A stretch of 64,000 bases of DNA from Clostridiales bacterium (GTDB lineage: Bacteria; Bacillota; Clostridia; Oscillospirales; CAG-272). Of this stretch, positions 49,407 to 57,606 are shown piece after piece. The notes under the pieces were generated by a model that saw nothing but the letters and a program-made list of their open reading frames with translations, searched no databases and was not told where the DNA came from. How positions within the stretch are numbered: position 1 is the first letter of the stretch; every line of letters begins with the position of its first letter. A program made the translations under genes and the position numbers. The stretch lies in contig QALR01000013.1 of the NCBI GenBank assembly GCA_003150035.1, positions 12,690 to 76,689 on the forward strand, written 5' to 3'.

Positions 49407-50114
49407 TTACGCCTTTATTTTTATCATCTGTGCTCGGATTTCCTCGCACTTAGCATCAAGCTGTGCGTTCGGAGCAACCGGAACATCCAGGACGGTTTCG
49501 CCGTTTGCCCGGATAATCAGATGATAGGCTTTGACCTTATCTTTTTCCACCAATTTCTCTTCGTAATCGATTTTGATGTCCTCTATATCATAAAACCGAA
49601 TTTCTTTGATGGTTTCGCTTTCGCTGTCTTCTGTCAGGGAAATTCTTTTTGTAGCCGCAAGAATACCGACCTCGGTAAAAAATAAGGCTGTTATAGCGTA
49701 GAGGGAGGAACGGTATTTTCGGTCATTTTTTCCGCGTCGATAAACCCATCCTTTTGTGTCTGCATCCAAGAGGAAGCTTCCGGTCAGGACGGACTCGATT
49801 TTGGCCTTGGCGTTGCTGGAAAGATGGAAGCGTTCCGTGATTTCTTTGGCGTATCCTTCTGCCCGCACCGATACATAGGCATCAATATCTTTTTCGCCGG
49901 AACGTCTGTACTGTGGAATCCACGCTATGCAGGCGCCGATGATTACGAGCGCGATTGCGGCGAAATCCTGATAAGGAACTAAATAAACCCAGAAAAAATA
50001 AGACAGCACGATCATGATAACACCGATGGCGAGCAAAACAATGCCTACATAAAAATGAGTGTCAGCGCCTTTGAAATAGCGCAGGTTCTTGCTGTAATCC
50101 ATAAAATCCACCAT
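49407..50114 (-). CDS. hypothetical membrane protein (2 TM plus a cytoplasmic PH-like domain?)
   Basis: Clean 235-aa ORF with two N-terminal TM helices. Confidence 0.45.
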   Translation of the reverse strand: MVDFMDYSKNLRYFKGADTHFYVGIVLLAIGVIMIVLSYFFWVYLVPYQDFAAIALVIIGACIAWIPQYRRSGEKDIDAYVSVRAEGYAKEITERFHLSSNAKAKIESVLTGSFLLDADTKGWVYRRGKNDRKYRSSLYAITALFFTEVGILAATKRISLTEDSESETIKEIRFYDIEDIKIDYEEKLVEKDKVKAYHLIIRANGETVLDVPVAPNAQLDAKCEEIRAQMIKIKA

Positions 50115-50404
50115 GCTTTACCGCTCACAAGCGGCAAATCCTTTCTTAATTTCTCAGCTGCATAGAACAAAAGATGTGCGCAGAAATTGAGGCGGTCGGG
50201 CGTGGAACTTTGCGTCTTTTCGGTTTTCCCCGTTGAATCATGAAAAGAAGTTTTCTATATTATAAATAAAATTTCTTGTTTTGTCAATATTTATATCCAA
50301 TTATGATATCAACTGTTCGTTGAGTGAATCAAATATTTTGATAGAAAATTGAATAAAAGACAAAAAACTGTCTCGTAGAGAATATCGCGTGCGTTTTGCA
50401 GCTA

Positions 50405-50442
50405 TAAAAAAGCCGTGTGCCGCTGAGCGTGCACACGGGCTT
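50405..50442 (-). terminator. rho-independent terminator of the 357-aa gene
   Basis: aagcccgtgtgc / gcacacggctt stem (one bulge) followed by T6 on the minus strand. Confidence 0.7.
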
Positions 50443-50478
50443 CTATTCTTGAACCATAGGGCTTGATGTTGAAACGAT

Positions 50479-51552
50479 TTATTCTGTTTTTTCAAAGGGA
50501 GCGGGCAATGCGCCTGTGTAGCGGTAAAGACGGATATGGGAATCAAATTCTCCGTTTTCTCCATGGTCCTCGGAGAAATAGAAGTACCCGTCTCCAAGGG
50601 AAGCCATGCCGGTGGTTCCGTATCGGAATTCGTATCCGTAAATTCCGGAGGCTTCGTCGAAAAGACCTGTCTGCCTAAGAGCGAGAACCTCGCCGACTTC
50701 ACCGGCACAGCCGAGGAGCGGCTCCGTACGCGGCGCCTGCTTTCCATCGATGACGTATAAAGAATAGTTGGGATATTGTTCTTTTCTTCCGCGGTAGACC
50801 GCCATGAAAATATCTCCGGTATAGGCATCGTATTCCAGATTTTGAACACCGTATTCTGTATTCCCGGTCCGAACAAAATATTTCCCGTCGCAGCAGGCGG
50901 GCCCGCTTGTGTGGATGTTCTCTGACGAAAGGACGGCTTCGAAGGGAAGAATGGCTTCCGGACGATAGGAGAGCAGCACCTGATAGTCATTGTCGGTGCG
51001 GGTTTTGTCACCGTAAATGCCGTATGCGACAAACAAACGCATATCGTTGCTTTTGCCGGGCATAGGAGCAAAAGTAATCCCGTCAATGCCGGAACAGCCA
51101 TGGCGATGCGCCATAGACTTGCCGTGCTCGGTCCAAACTGCCAGATAATCTTCGGTCGCTTCACGCAGCCAAACAGTGGTCACGATCCCATCGCGTGTGG
51201 CACTCATGTCCGGACGTGTAATTTTTTCTCCGTCAAAAATTGCAATATAAAAAGCGTTTTTGACTTGACCGTCGAGTCCGAGCTTTTTTAAGATTCCCCG
51301 GCCGATTTCGTCGTTTTTATATTCCAAAGAAGCATAAATTCGTCCGTCTGTCTCGTTATAGGCAAGGCAACCGAGATGCCCGGTAAATCCTTTCACAGAG
51401 CCAATGAGGTTCCCCGCCATGTCAAGCTTGATAAGAGCAGTGGTAAAAGAGCAGTAGATATATTGCCTTTTTTTGTCGATTGCAATTCCTTGGATATGTC
51501 CGGTACGCCATTTTCCGGTATAAATGGTCTTTGGCAGTGCAAAATGTCCCAT
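50479..51552 (-). CDS. hypothetical protein, beta-propeller-like
   Basis: 357-aa ORF with a repetitive beta-strand/Gly-Asp pattern and no signal peptide. Preferred over the overlapping 50301..51164 frame, which is Pro/Ser/Thr-rich and low-complexity. Confidence 0.45.
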   Translation of the reverse strand: MGHFALPKTIYTGKWRTGHIQGIAIDKKRQYIYCSFTTALIKLDMAGNLIGSVKGFTGHLGCLAYNETDGRIYASLEYKNDEIGRGILKKLGLDGQVKNAFYIAIFDGEKITRPDMSATRDGIVTTVWLREATEDYLAVWTEHGKSMAHRHGCSGIDGITFAPMPGKSNDMRLFVAYGIYGDKTRTDNDYQVLLSYRPEAILPFEAVLSSENIHTSGPACCDGKYFVRTGNTEYGVQNLEYDAYTGDIFMAVYRGRKEQYPNYSLYVIDGKQAPRTEPLLGCAGEVGEVLALRQTGLFDEASGIYGYEFRYGTTGMASLGDGYFYFSEDHGENGEFDSHIRLYRYTGALPAPFEKTE

Positions 51553-51615
51553 TTTTCTTCTTCCCTTCTATGATTTTGCATTTCCGTAAAGGCATAAAGT
51601 ATTCGTAATGCACAA

Positions 51616-52437
51616 TTATTCCAGCAATCTAAGAAAATCTGACATAGCCATATCTCGCACCACGTAGCTGCGCGGCAGGCGGGTATTGGGATAATATTCA
51701 CAAGTAGGATGTTCTGTCGTGTAGCAATATTCATACCCACATTCCGCGGCGACAAGCTCCGATAAACTATCATATGCACCGCTCGGATAGGCAAGCGCGC
51801 GCACGGGTTCTCCTGTCAGCTCTTCGAGCCAACGCCGGGATTCTGCGAGTTCGGCCTCGAGCGTTTCCTTATCGATACCGGCGAGGTTCTGGTGGGTTTT
51901 GGTATGGCTTGCAAAACGAATATGTCCGCTTTCCTGCATTTCAAGAATTTGTTCCTCATTCAAATGCCCTTCGGTGCCAATGAGGTCGGAAATGAGGAAA
52001 ATGGTCGCTTTCATGTCATATTTTTCAAGGAGAGGCAGGACATTCGTGTAATTGTCTGCATATCCATCGTCAAAGGTAAGGACGACACAGGGCTCTCCTC
52101 TGGTTTCGGCGAGTTCATCCGCAAAGACGGTTTTATAGCCGAGCCGCTTGATTTCAGCGAGCTGCGCTTCAAAATCTGAGATCCGCACGAAGAGGTATTC
52201 GTTCGGACCATAGGTCTCATCGGATACCAGATGATAAAGCAAAACCTTGGTATTATCCGTATAGGAATACGGCGCGGCGACAGAGCTTCCGGCAAGGAAA
52301 AAAACGAGTATTGAAGCCAGAATAACAGCGGCAAAGGACACGAGTACGGCTGCCCGTGCCCGGGAGGCGCTTTTGGTGCCCTTTGGCTTTTGGAGCTTGG
52401 GGAGGGCAGATTCACTCGTTTGAAGCTGCTGTTTCAT
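51616..52437 (-). CDS. polysaccharide deacetylase (NodB homology) family protein with an N-terminal TM anchor; start uncertain (52437, 52521 or 52533)
   Basis: VLTFDDGYADNY and HTKTH motifs. Confidence 0.75.
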   Translation of the reverse strand: MKQQLQTSESALPKLQKPKGTKSASRARAAVLVSFAAVILASILVFFLAGSSVAAPYSYTDNTKVLLYHLVSDETYGPNEYLFVRISDFEAQLAEIKRLGYKTVFADELAETRGEPCVVLTFDDGYADNYTNVLPLLEKYDMKATIFLISDLIGTEGHLNEEQILEMQESGHIRFASHTKTHQNLAGIDKETLEAELAESRRWLEELTGEPVRALAYPSGAYDSLSELVAAECGYEYCYTTEHPTCEYYPNTRLPRSYVVRDMAMSDFLRLLE

Positions 52438-53380
52438 CGTTTGTGCCGATATTGAGAATCGGGAGGGTGCCGCCTTCACCGCCGACGTAGGTCGGCAACT
52501 TGCCGTCCCATTTTTCAACATATTTGTATTCAATCAGGTCAGAAGACAGGCTGTCCCCGATTTTCGCGTTTGCTTCCGCTTCTTTTTCTCCGGCGTACGC
52601 CCTTGCGTCTGCTTCGATCTTTTGTACTTCCGCAGCGGCTTCCGCCTCAATGACGGCGCGCTCAGCAGCGGCTTCTGCCTCCAGAATGGCCTGCTCCTGC
52701 TCAATCTGCGCCTTCAGCTTATTCTGTTCGGCGACCTGTTTTGCCTCTACCGCATCGGTGTATGTATCGGAAAAATCGAGGTTTTCAATCGAGGCGTCAA
52801 TGACCTCAATGTTATAGGCTGCAAGCTTTTCGACCAGAATCGCTTTGATTTCGGAGGAAAGCTGTTCCCGGCTGGCAATCAGACTTTCTGCATTATATTT
52901 GGCGATGACGCTTTTTACAGATTCCTGAACTCTCGGTTCAATGACGGTGGAATAGTAGTCCTTGCCAATGGTTCTGTAAATGGTTTGAGCGTTCGCCTTT
53001 TCAATCTGGTAGTTTAGGGTGTAGATGGTGGCGACCTCCTGAATATCGCTTGAAAAGCAGGAAAGCTCCACCATAGATTTCTGAATGCGGTTGTCCATTT
53101 TGATGACTTGCTGCCACGGCGCTTTTGCATGGATACCTGCCTCATAGGTGTAATCTTCCACGCGGCCGAAGGACGTAACGATGCCGGTATGTCCCGTTGG
53201 AATCGATGTTATGCAGCTAATAGAAATCAGCGCGATGCCAAGAACAAGACATGCGCCACAGGCGGCGCTGCCCGCTTTTTTCTTTTTCGGAAACATGCCG
53301 TTTTTGCATTTTTTCAGCACAGAAATAATGATTCCAATGCTAGCGACCAAAGCCAGAATGCCAATCACAAAAAGAAACAT
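52412..53380 (-). CDS. SPFH/band-7 (prohibitin-like) membrane protein
   Basis: N-terminal TM helix, SPFH core, and an Ala/Glu-rich coiled-coil. Confidence 0.8.
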   Translation of the reverse strand: MFLFVIGILALVASIGIIISVLKKCKNGMFPKKKKAGSAACGACLVLGIALISISCITSIPTGHTGIVTSFGRVEDYTYEAGIHAKAPWQQVIKMDNRIQKSMVELSCFSSDIQEVATIYTLNYQIEKANAQTIYRTIGKDYYSTVIEPRVQESVKSVIAKYNAESLIASREQLSSEIKAILVEKLAAYNIEVIDASIENLDFSDTYTDAVEAKQVAEQNKLKAQIEQEQAILEAEAAAERAVIEAEAAAEVQKIEADARAYAGEKEAEANAKIGDSLSSDLIEYKYVEKWDGKLPTYVGGEGGTLPILNIGTNDETAASNE

Positions 53381-53639
53381 AGAAACACTCCCATTCCGCC
53401 GTCTGACGCGGCTTTTGTATTTTAGAATATCAACGGTATCATTCTATCTTTTTTTCGCAGAGATGTCAAGACTTTTATGAACAGAAGCGCTTTTTAGAAA
53501 GATGGAAAAAAGTATTTTTCATTTATTCTCCAAGGGTTTTTAGTTCCTGTGTGTTTCTTTGTTTTCTGCTCTGATTTTGTATAACCTTCTCCTGCTTTGG
53601 GTAAAATAACCATATCAAAAAAAGAAAGGAATGCGAACT

Positions 53640-54893
53640 ATGAAAAAAGTCGGAATCACATTTTTCATCTTATGCATGCTTCTTTGTCTTGGCGTCTCGG
53701 CAAGTGCTGCCGGGCTTTTGTCGCCCGCTATCTCGGTCTTGCAGGAGGAGACCGCTATGATAAAAACGGGAGTGGGGACCAACTCGGTATCCTTTGATGC
53801 AGAGGATTTTACGGAACTGCTCGGCGATGAAGATTTCCTCGCCATCGAAATTACCTCGCTGCCGGAGGTATCGGATGGAGTTTTGAAGCTTGGGGCCGTC
53901 GACGTGACGCCGGGGCAGCTCATTTCGTATGAGGCGCTCGCGGCACTCCGGTTTATTCCGGCGCAGGAGGGAGCGGTTGCCACATTTCAGTTCAAGCCGT
54001 ATGGAGACCGTTATGAAAATTCCTTTGTCTGCACCGTCTGTATGCTGGATGCCTTAAATTTTGCTCCGACGGCAGCCGCGACGGAGCTTGACGCAAAAGA
54101 ATCGATACCGGTGTACGCGACTTTGTCGGCGGAGGATCCAGAGGGGGATGCCGTGACGTATGTCATTGTAGAAAAACCGAAAAAGGGAACGTTGAAGCTT
54201 ACGGATGAAATCGCCGGCAGCTATTGTTATACGGCGGACGAGGGTACGGCAGGGAAGGACTCCTTCACGTATATTGTCGTGGATGCCTATGGAAACCAGT
54301 CGGAACCTGCGACGGTGAATATTGCAACAACGGAAAATGGGACGGGAATCCTTTATACGGACCTTGCGGGCAGTGAATATCAGCTTCCGGCGGTGGCAAT
54401 GGCGGAAATGGGGGTCATTGTCGGAGAACAGATTGGCGATGAGAGATTCTTTTATCCGGACAAAACCGTTTCCAGATCCGATTTTCTCATCATGGCAATG
54501 AACGCGATGGGAATCGATCCTACCCTGATTGCAGCGGATGAATCCGGCTTTGCCGACAGTGCTTCTTTTACGGAGTATCAGAATGAATATATTTCCGCGG
54601 CCGCAGGGCTGTCGCTTGTTGTCGGAATCGATACGGAGGACGGCCGATGCTTCCTGCCGAACGAGGCGATTACGTCTGCGCAGGCGGCAACGCTCATCAG
54701 CAGGATTGCGGCCATGGAAGAGTTGCCGTTTGGCGACGCTGTTTATGCCTGCGTCGGAACGGATGACGAAATATCAGACGATGGGTATGCGATGCTGGCG
54801 TCCGTCGGGCTTGCCTTGTCTGAGGACAGGGATGTCCGGCTGACGCGGGCGGATACGGTTTCTTTGCTTTATACACTGACCTGTATGCAATAG
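53640..54893 (+). CDS. secreted Ig/cadherin-like repeat protein with three C-terminal SLH-like repeats
   Basis: Signal peptide. DSFTYIVVDAYGNQSEPATV looks like a cadherin-like/VCBS module. Three degenerate SLH repeats at the C-terminus. Confidence 0.55.
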   Translation: MKKVGITFFILCMLLCLGVSASAAGLLSPAISVLQEETAMIKTGVGTNSVSFDAEDFTELLGDEDFLAIEITSLPEVSDGVLKLGAVDVTPGQLISYEALAALRFIPAQEGAVATFQFKPYGDRYENSFVCTVCMLDALNFAPTAAATELDAKESIPVYATLSAEDPEGDAVTYVIVEKPKKGTLKLTDEIAGSYCYTADEGTAGKDSFTYIVVDAYGNQSEPATVNIATTENGTGILYTDLAGSEYQLPAVAMAEMGVIVGEQIGDERFFYPDKTVSRSDFLIMAMNAMGIDPTLIAADESGFADSASFTEYQNEYISAAAGLSLVVGIDTEDGRCFLPNEAITSAQAATLISRIAAMEELPFGDAVYACVGTDDEISDDGYAMLASVGLALSEDRDVRLTRADTVSLLYTLTCMQ

Positions 54894-54910
54894 GAGGAAA
54901 GGGAGGTAAA

Positions 54911-54940
54911 CGGGAAATCCTTCGGGATTTCCCGTTTTTT
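54911..54940 (+). terminator. rho-independent terminator
   Basis: cgggaaatcc-ttcg-ggatttcccg followed by T6. Confidence 0.8.
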
Positions 54941-54952
54941 CTCGCAATCATC

Positions 54953-54982
54953 TTGACAAGAGGTTTTTCGTCATGCTATAAT
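54953..54982 (+). promoter_or_regulatory. sigma-A promoter of tRNA-Gln
   Basis: TTGACA, 18 nt, TATAAT with an extended -10 TGc. The tRNA 5' end lies 22 nt downstream. Confidence 0.6.
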
Positions 54983-55004
54983 AAATCCGCTTTCATATGG
55001 ATAT

Positions 55005-55082
55005 TGGGATATAGCCAAGTTGGTTAAGGCACAAGACTTTGACTCTTGCACTCCGCTGGTTCGAGTCCAGCTATCCCAGCCA
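55005..55082 (+). tRNA. tRNA-Gln (anticodon UUG), CCA encoded
   Basis: Hand fold: acceptor TGGGATA/TATCCCA, D arm GCC..GGC, anticodon stem CAAGA/TCTTG with loop CTTTGAC, T arm GCTGG-TTCGAGT-CCAGC, discriminator G, CCA. The variable region appears to be 6 nt. Confidence 0.85.
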
Positions 55083-55098
55083 TCATGAGTGTCTGATT

Positions 55099-55532
55099 TA
55101 GATGCAGGCACGAAAAAACGAGAAAAGCGGAGATTTCGAGAGATTTCTCCGCTTTTTTCGACTCTGAAGTTTTTCGAAATTTTGTAGATGCATTTCGGGC
55201 ATTTCGGGTCTGTAGACAGATTCGAACCGGCGAAATGCATTTTTTGATATAGATTCCCCACAGAAGCAAAACCGTGGACAGATTCGAACCGCCACACACT
55301 TTCCGAAGCCTTTCAAAAATCCTTCCCGTTCAAAATTTATTTACAAAGCCATAGATGCAACGACGTTTTGGACAGATTTGAACTACCACACTACTCCACC
55401 TGCCGAAAACAAGGTGAATCCAAAAAAGATGCAATTTCAGTTTGGATAGATTCGAACCACCACATTGCTTCAAAAGCAATGTAAAACGCAAATACAAAAT
55501 AGCTCCATCGTTTCAATGGACAGATCCGAACT
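55099..55532. repeat. array of five degenerate direct repeats (core TGGACAGATTCGAAC) with a companion TAGATGCA box
   Basis: Cores at 55213, 55275, 55369, 55443 and 55517. Boxes at 55099, 55185, 55352 and 55426. No credible coding potential. Confidence 0.75.
55123..55158 (+). terminator. rho-independent terminator after tRNA-Gln
   Basis: aaaagcggaga / tctccgctttt stem followed by a T-run. Confidence 0.7.
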
Positions 55533-55561
55533 ATCGAAAACCAAATACTGACCTGCTGAAG

Positions 55562-55596
55562 ACAAAGAAAAAGCCACGGATCATAAAACCCGTGGC
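55562..55596 (-). terminator. minus-strand terminator-like hairpin
   Basis: gccacgg / ccgtggc stem with a 10-nt loop, followed on the minus strand by tttttctttg. Confidence 0.4.
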
Positions 55597-55712
55597 AAAA
55601 TATTTATCTCCCCGACAAACAGTAACAGGTTTATCGATGAGATAATTATATCACAAAACCGAGAACAAGTAAACCTATATCCTGTAAACAATCGTAAATA
55701 TTCTTTCTACAT

Positions 55713-55749
55713 AGCCAAATGCTTATCAGCCAAGCGTTTGGCTTTTTTT
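55713..55749 (+). terminator. plus-strand rho-independent terminator or attenuator 22 nt upstream of the first island gene
   Basis: 10-bp stem agccaaatgc / gcgtttggct (one G-U) followed by T7. Confidence 0.7.
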
Positions 55750-55771
55750 ATTGCAGAAAGGATGATAACAG

Positions 55772-56644
55772 ATGAATGCAATTATCTCAAAGGGCGACAA
55801 AACTGCTCACGTTCAACTCCCCGTAGAACGAAAACAGTTGGCTGGCGCTCTCTCGTATTTGGGAGCAAATCATACTTCCGATTACGACCTCAAATATAAT
55901 GAGGAAAACAAAGACGGACTCAAGGTTTCGCTGGAATGCTTCGGTGTCGTAGAAAACGCAATTGCCAAGGCTCTTCCCGTTGGCTTCCGTTTTCACACGC
56001 TCAATGAGTCACTCACCTTGATGGGCAACCTCCCCTATCAGAACAGACGAGAGGTCGAAAACACAATCAAGGTTGATGGACTCGACTCCTATGAGCAACT
56101 CAACAGAATGCTGACCGAAGCCTATCCTCAGTCAGTTACAACCAAGTACTACTGTCCGCTGACCATTCAGGTTCATAGCCGAGATTGCTACGGTGACATC
56201 GATGAGGACGGCTATGAGGAAGATGCAGAGTTCGCAGCTCGGCACGAAGATCTGATTCGTCAGAAGATGTTGGAGTATAACGCCTATGATGAATGTAATA
56301 TGGCAGAATATTTCCACGGCAACAACGGTGTCTCCGAAAAGCTTCGTTCCGCTGATTGGGATTTTGAGCGCAGAAACGGTGAGCTCTACGGATGTATCAC
56401 CGTGCAGACCGCAGGCCCCCTCACAGAGGACGAGGAACAGGATCTCAAGGACTGGATCTCCGGTCAGAACTCGGACGGTCTCGGCGAAGGATTTGAGCAG
56501 AGAGAGATCTACCTTGACGGCACTCGTTACGGTGGCTTTATGTATGTGAGCCTTTGGAACTCCGGTGACGATTATTATATCGACAACCAAGACGAGTTCG
56601 AGGATCGCCTCATGTCGGACGGCATGACGATGGGTGGGATGTAA
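55772..56644 (+). CDS. island hypothetical protein, acidic, G-M-T-M-G-G-M tail
   Basis: 290-aa ORF. Its stop overlaps the next ATG (TAATG). Confidence 0.6.
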   Translation: MNAIISKGDKTAHVQLPVERKQLAGALSYLGANHTSDYDLKYNEENKDGLKVSLECFGVVENAIAKALPVGFRFHTLNESLTLMGNLPYQNRREVENTIKVDGLDSYEQLNRMLTEAYPQSVTTKYYCPLTIQVHSRDCYGDIDEDGYEEDAEFAARHEDLIRQKMLEYNAYDECNMAEYFHGNNGVSEKLRSADWDFERRNGELYGCITVQTAGPLTEDEEQDLKDWISGQNSDGLGEGFEQREIYLDGTRYGGFMYVSLWNSGDDYYIDNQDEFEDRLMSDGMTMGGM

Positions 56645-56988
56645 TGGCTCTTCTGTTCTCCCACGTTCGTGTTTCAACTCCCGATGGCAACGAAGCGGAA
56701 TTCCTCGTCAGCGGTATTCCCAGAGAATTTGATGACTTCGAATACTACACAGCATTCGAAGATTTCCTTGATGGCATTGAGGAAGACCCCGAAATCAGCG
56801 TACACGCTGAAGCCTATCTTTACGGCGAAGGTGAAACCTTCAAGGCATCCATTGAGGAAGTGGCATACTTCCATCTACGAATGCAAAATGATGAGAGATT
56901 CCTCTCTGGTCATTGCGACAATATCGAATCTGTTGACTTCACCTGCAACTACTCTCCCGATGAACTCTTCGGGATGGATTGGGGGTGA
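56644..56988 (+). CDS. island small, very acidic protein
   Basis: 114 aa. Hand count gives 27 Asp/Glu against 5 Lys/Arg. Confidence 0.6.
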   Translation: MALLFSHVRVSTPDGNEAEFLVSGIPREFDDFEYYTAFEDFLDGIEEDPEISVHAEAYLYGEGETFKASIEEVAYFHLRMQNDERFLSGHCDNIESVDFTCNYSPDELFGMDWG

Positions 56989-56990
56989 GT

Positions 56991-57329
56991 ATGACAGAAA
57001 ACTACTACGATGTACTCCTTGGCTTTTCGGACGAGCTGGATGATAAGAGTACAGAACTTTACAGTGTGAAAGAAGTGGCTGACTTCATTCATACTCACGG
57101 TGGCGGTTATATCACCGAAACAGATGGCACTCCACTACTTCAGATTGCATACGGTAATTATTTTGAAATTAGCGAAGAAAGTGATTTCTATAGCGATATC
57201 GAAGATAATACCTTACGCAATGAGGGCGAGGGTATGTGCTTCGTCTTCTGCAATGATATGCGTTACAAATACGCACTCATGGCAGAACTCCGCAAAGGCG
57301 AAGGCTTTGAGGACCGATATCAATGGTAA
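56991..57329 (+). CDS. island small acidic protein
   Basis: 112 aa from the ATG at 56991, which has GGGGGTGA upstream. 25 Asp/Glu against 8 Lys/Arg. Confidence 0.6.
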   Translation: MTENYYDVLLGFSDELDDKSTELYSVKEVADFIHTHGGGYITETDGTPLLQIAYGNYFEISEESDFYSDIEDNTLRNEGEGMCFVFCNDMRYKYALMAELRKGEGFEDRYQW

Positions 57330-57345
57330 GGAAAGAGGTGAACCA

Positions 57346-57606
57346 ATGAACTATTTTGATAAGAACGGCAACCAGATCAAGGCAGGTATGGATATCCGCA
57401 TGGCAGACGGCAGCTTCGAGCGAGTCTATGAAACCACCGACGCCTATGGAAATCCCGACCTTGGTATCAACGCATCCAACGAGGAATATCTCGAAAGACA
57501 TCCCTATGCCAGCCGAGAGTATTACTCCCTCTGCAATTTCGACATGAGCGAGGTTGAGATCGTCGATCAGATGGAACTGCCCGGAATGTCCATGGGTGGG
57601 ATGTGA
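57346..57606 (+). CDS. island small acidic protein, G-M-S-M-G-G-M tail
   Basis: 86 aa. AAGAGGTG lies upstream. 16 Asp/Glu against 6 Lys/Arg. Confidence 0.6.
   Translation: MNYFDKNGNQIKAGMDIRMADGSFERVYETTDAYGNPDLGINASNEEYLERHPYASREYYSLCNFDMSEVEIVDQMELPGMSMGGM

Noticed and set aside
50301-51164. 287-aa alternative-frame ORF overlapping the 357-aa gene
   Set aside because: Pro/Ser/Thr/Arg-rich, low-complexity translation. The 50479-51552 frame is globular-looking and is followed by a proper terminator.
54971-55316. Three overlapping minus-strand ORFs (108, 91 and 72 aa) across the tRNA and the repeat array
   Set aside because: They run through tRNA-Gln and its terminator. The translations are low-complexity. 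The region is better explained as tRNA plus non-coding repeats.
55213-55532. The repeat array as a CRISPR array, or as tRNA pseudogenes or fragments
   Set aside because: The repeats are only about 16-23 nt, imperfect and irregularly spaced (62-94 nt), with no cas genes, so this is not a CRISPR array. The GATTCGAAC core mimics a reverse-complemented T-loop, but only 2-3 nt separate it from the TGG, so no acceptor or T stems can form.
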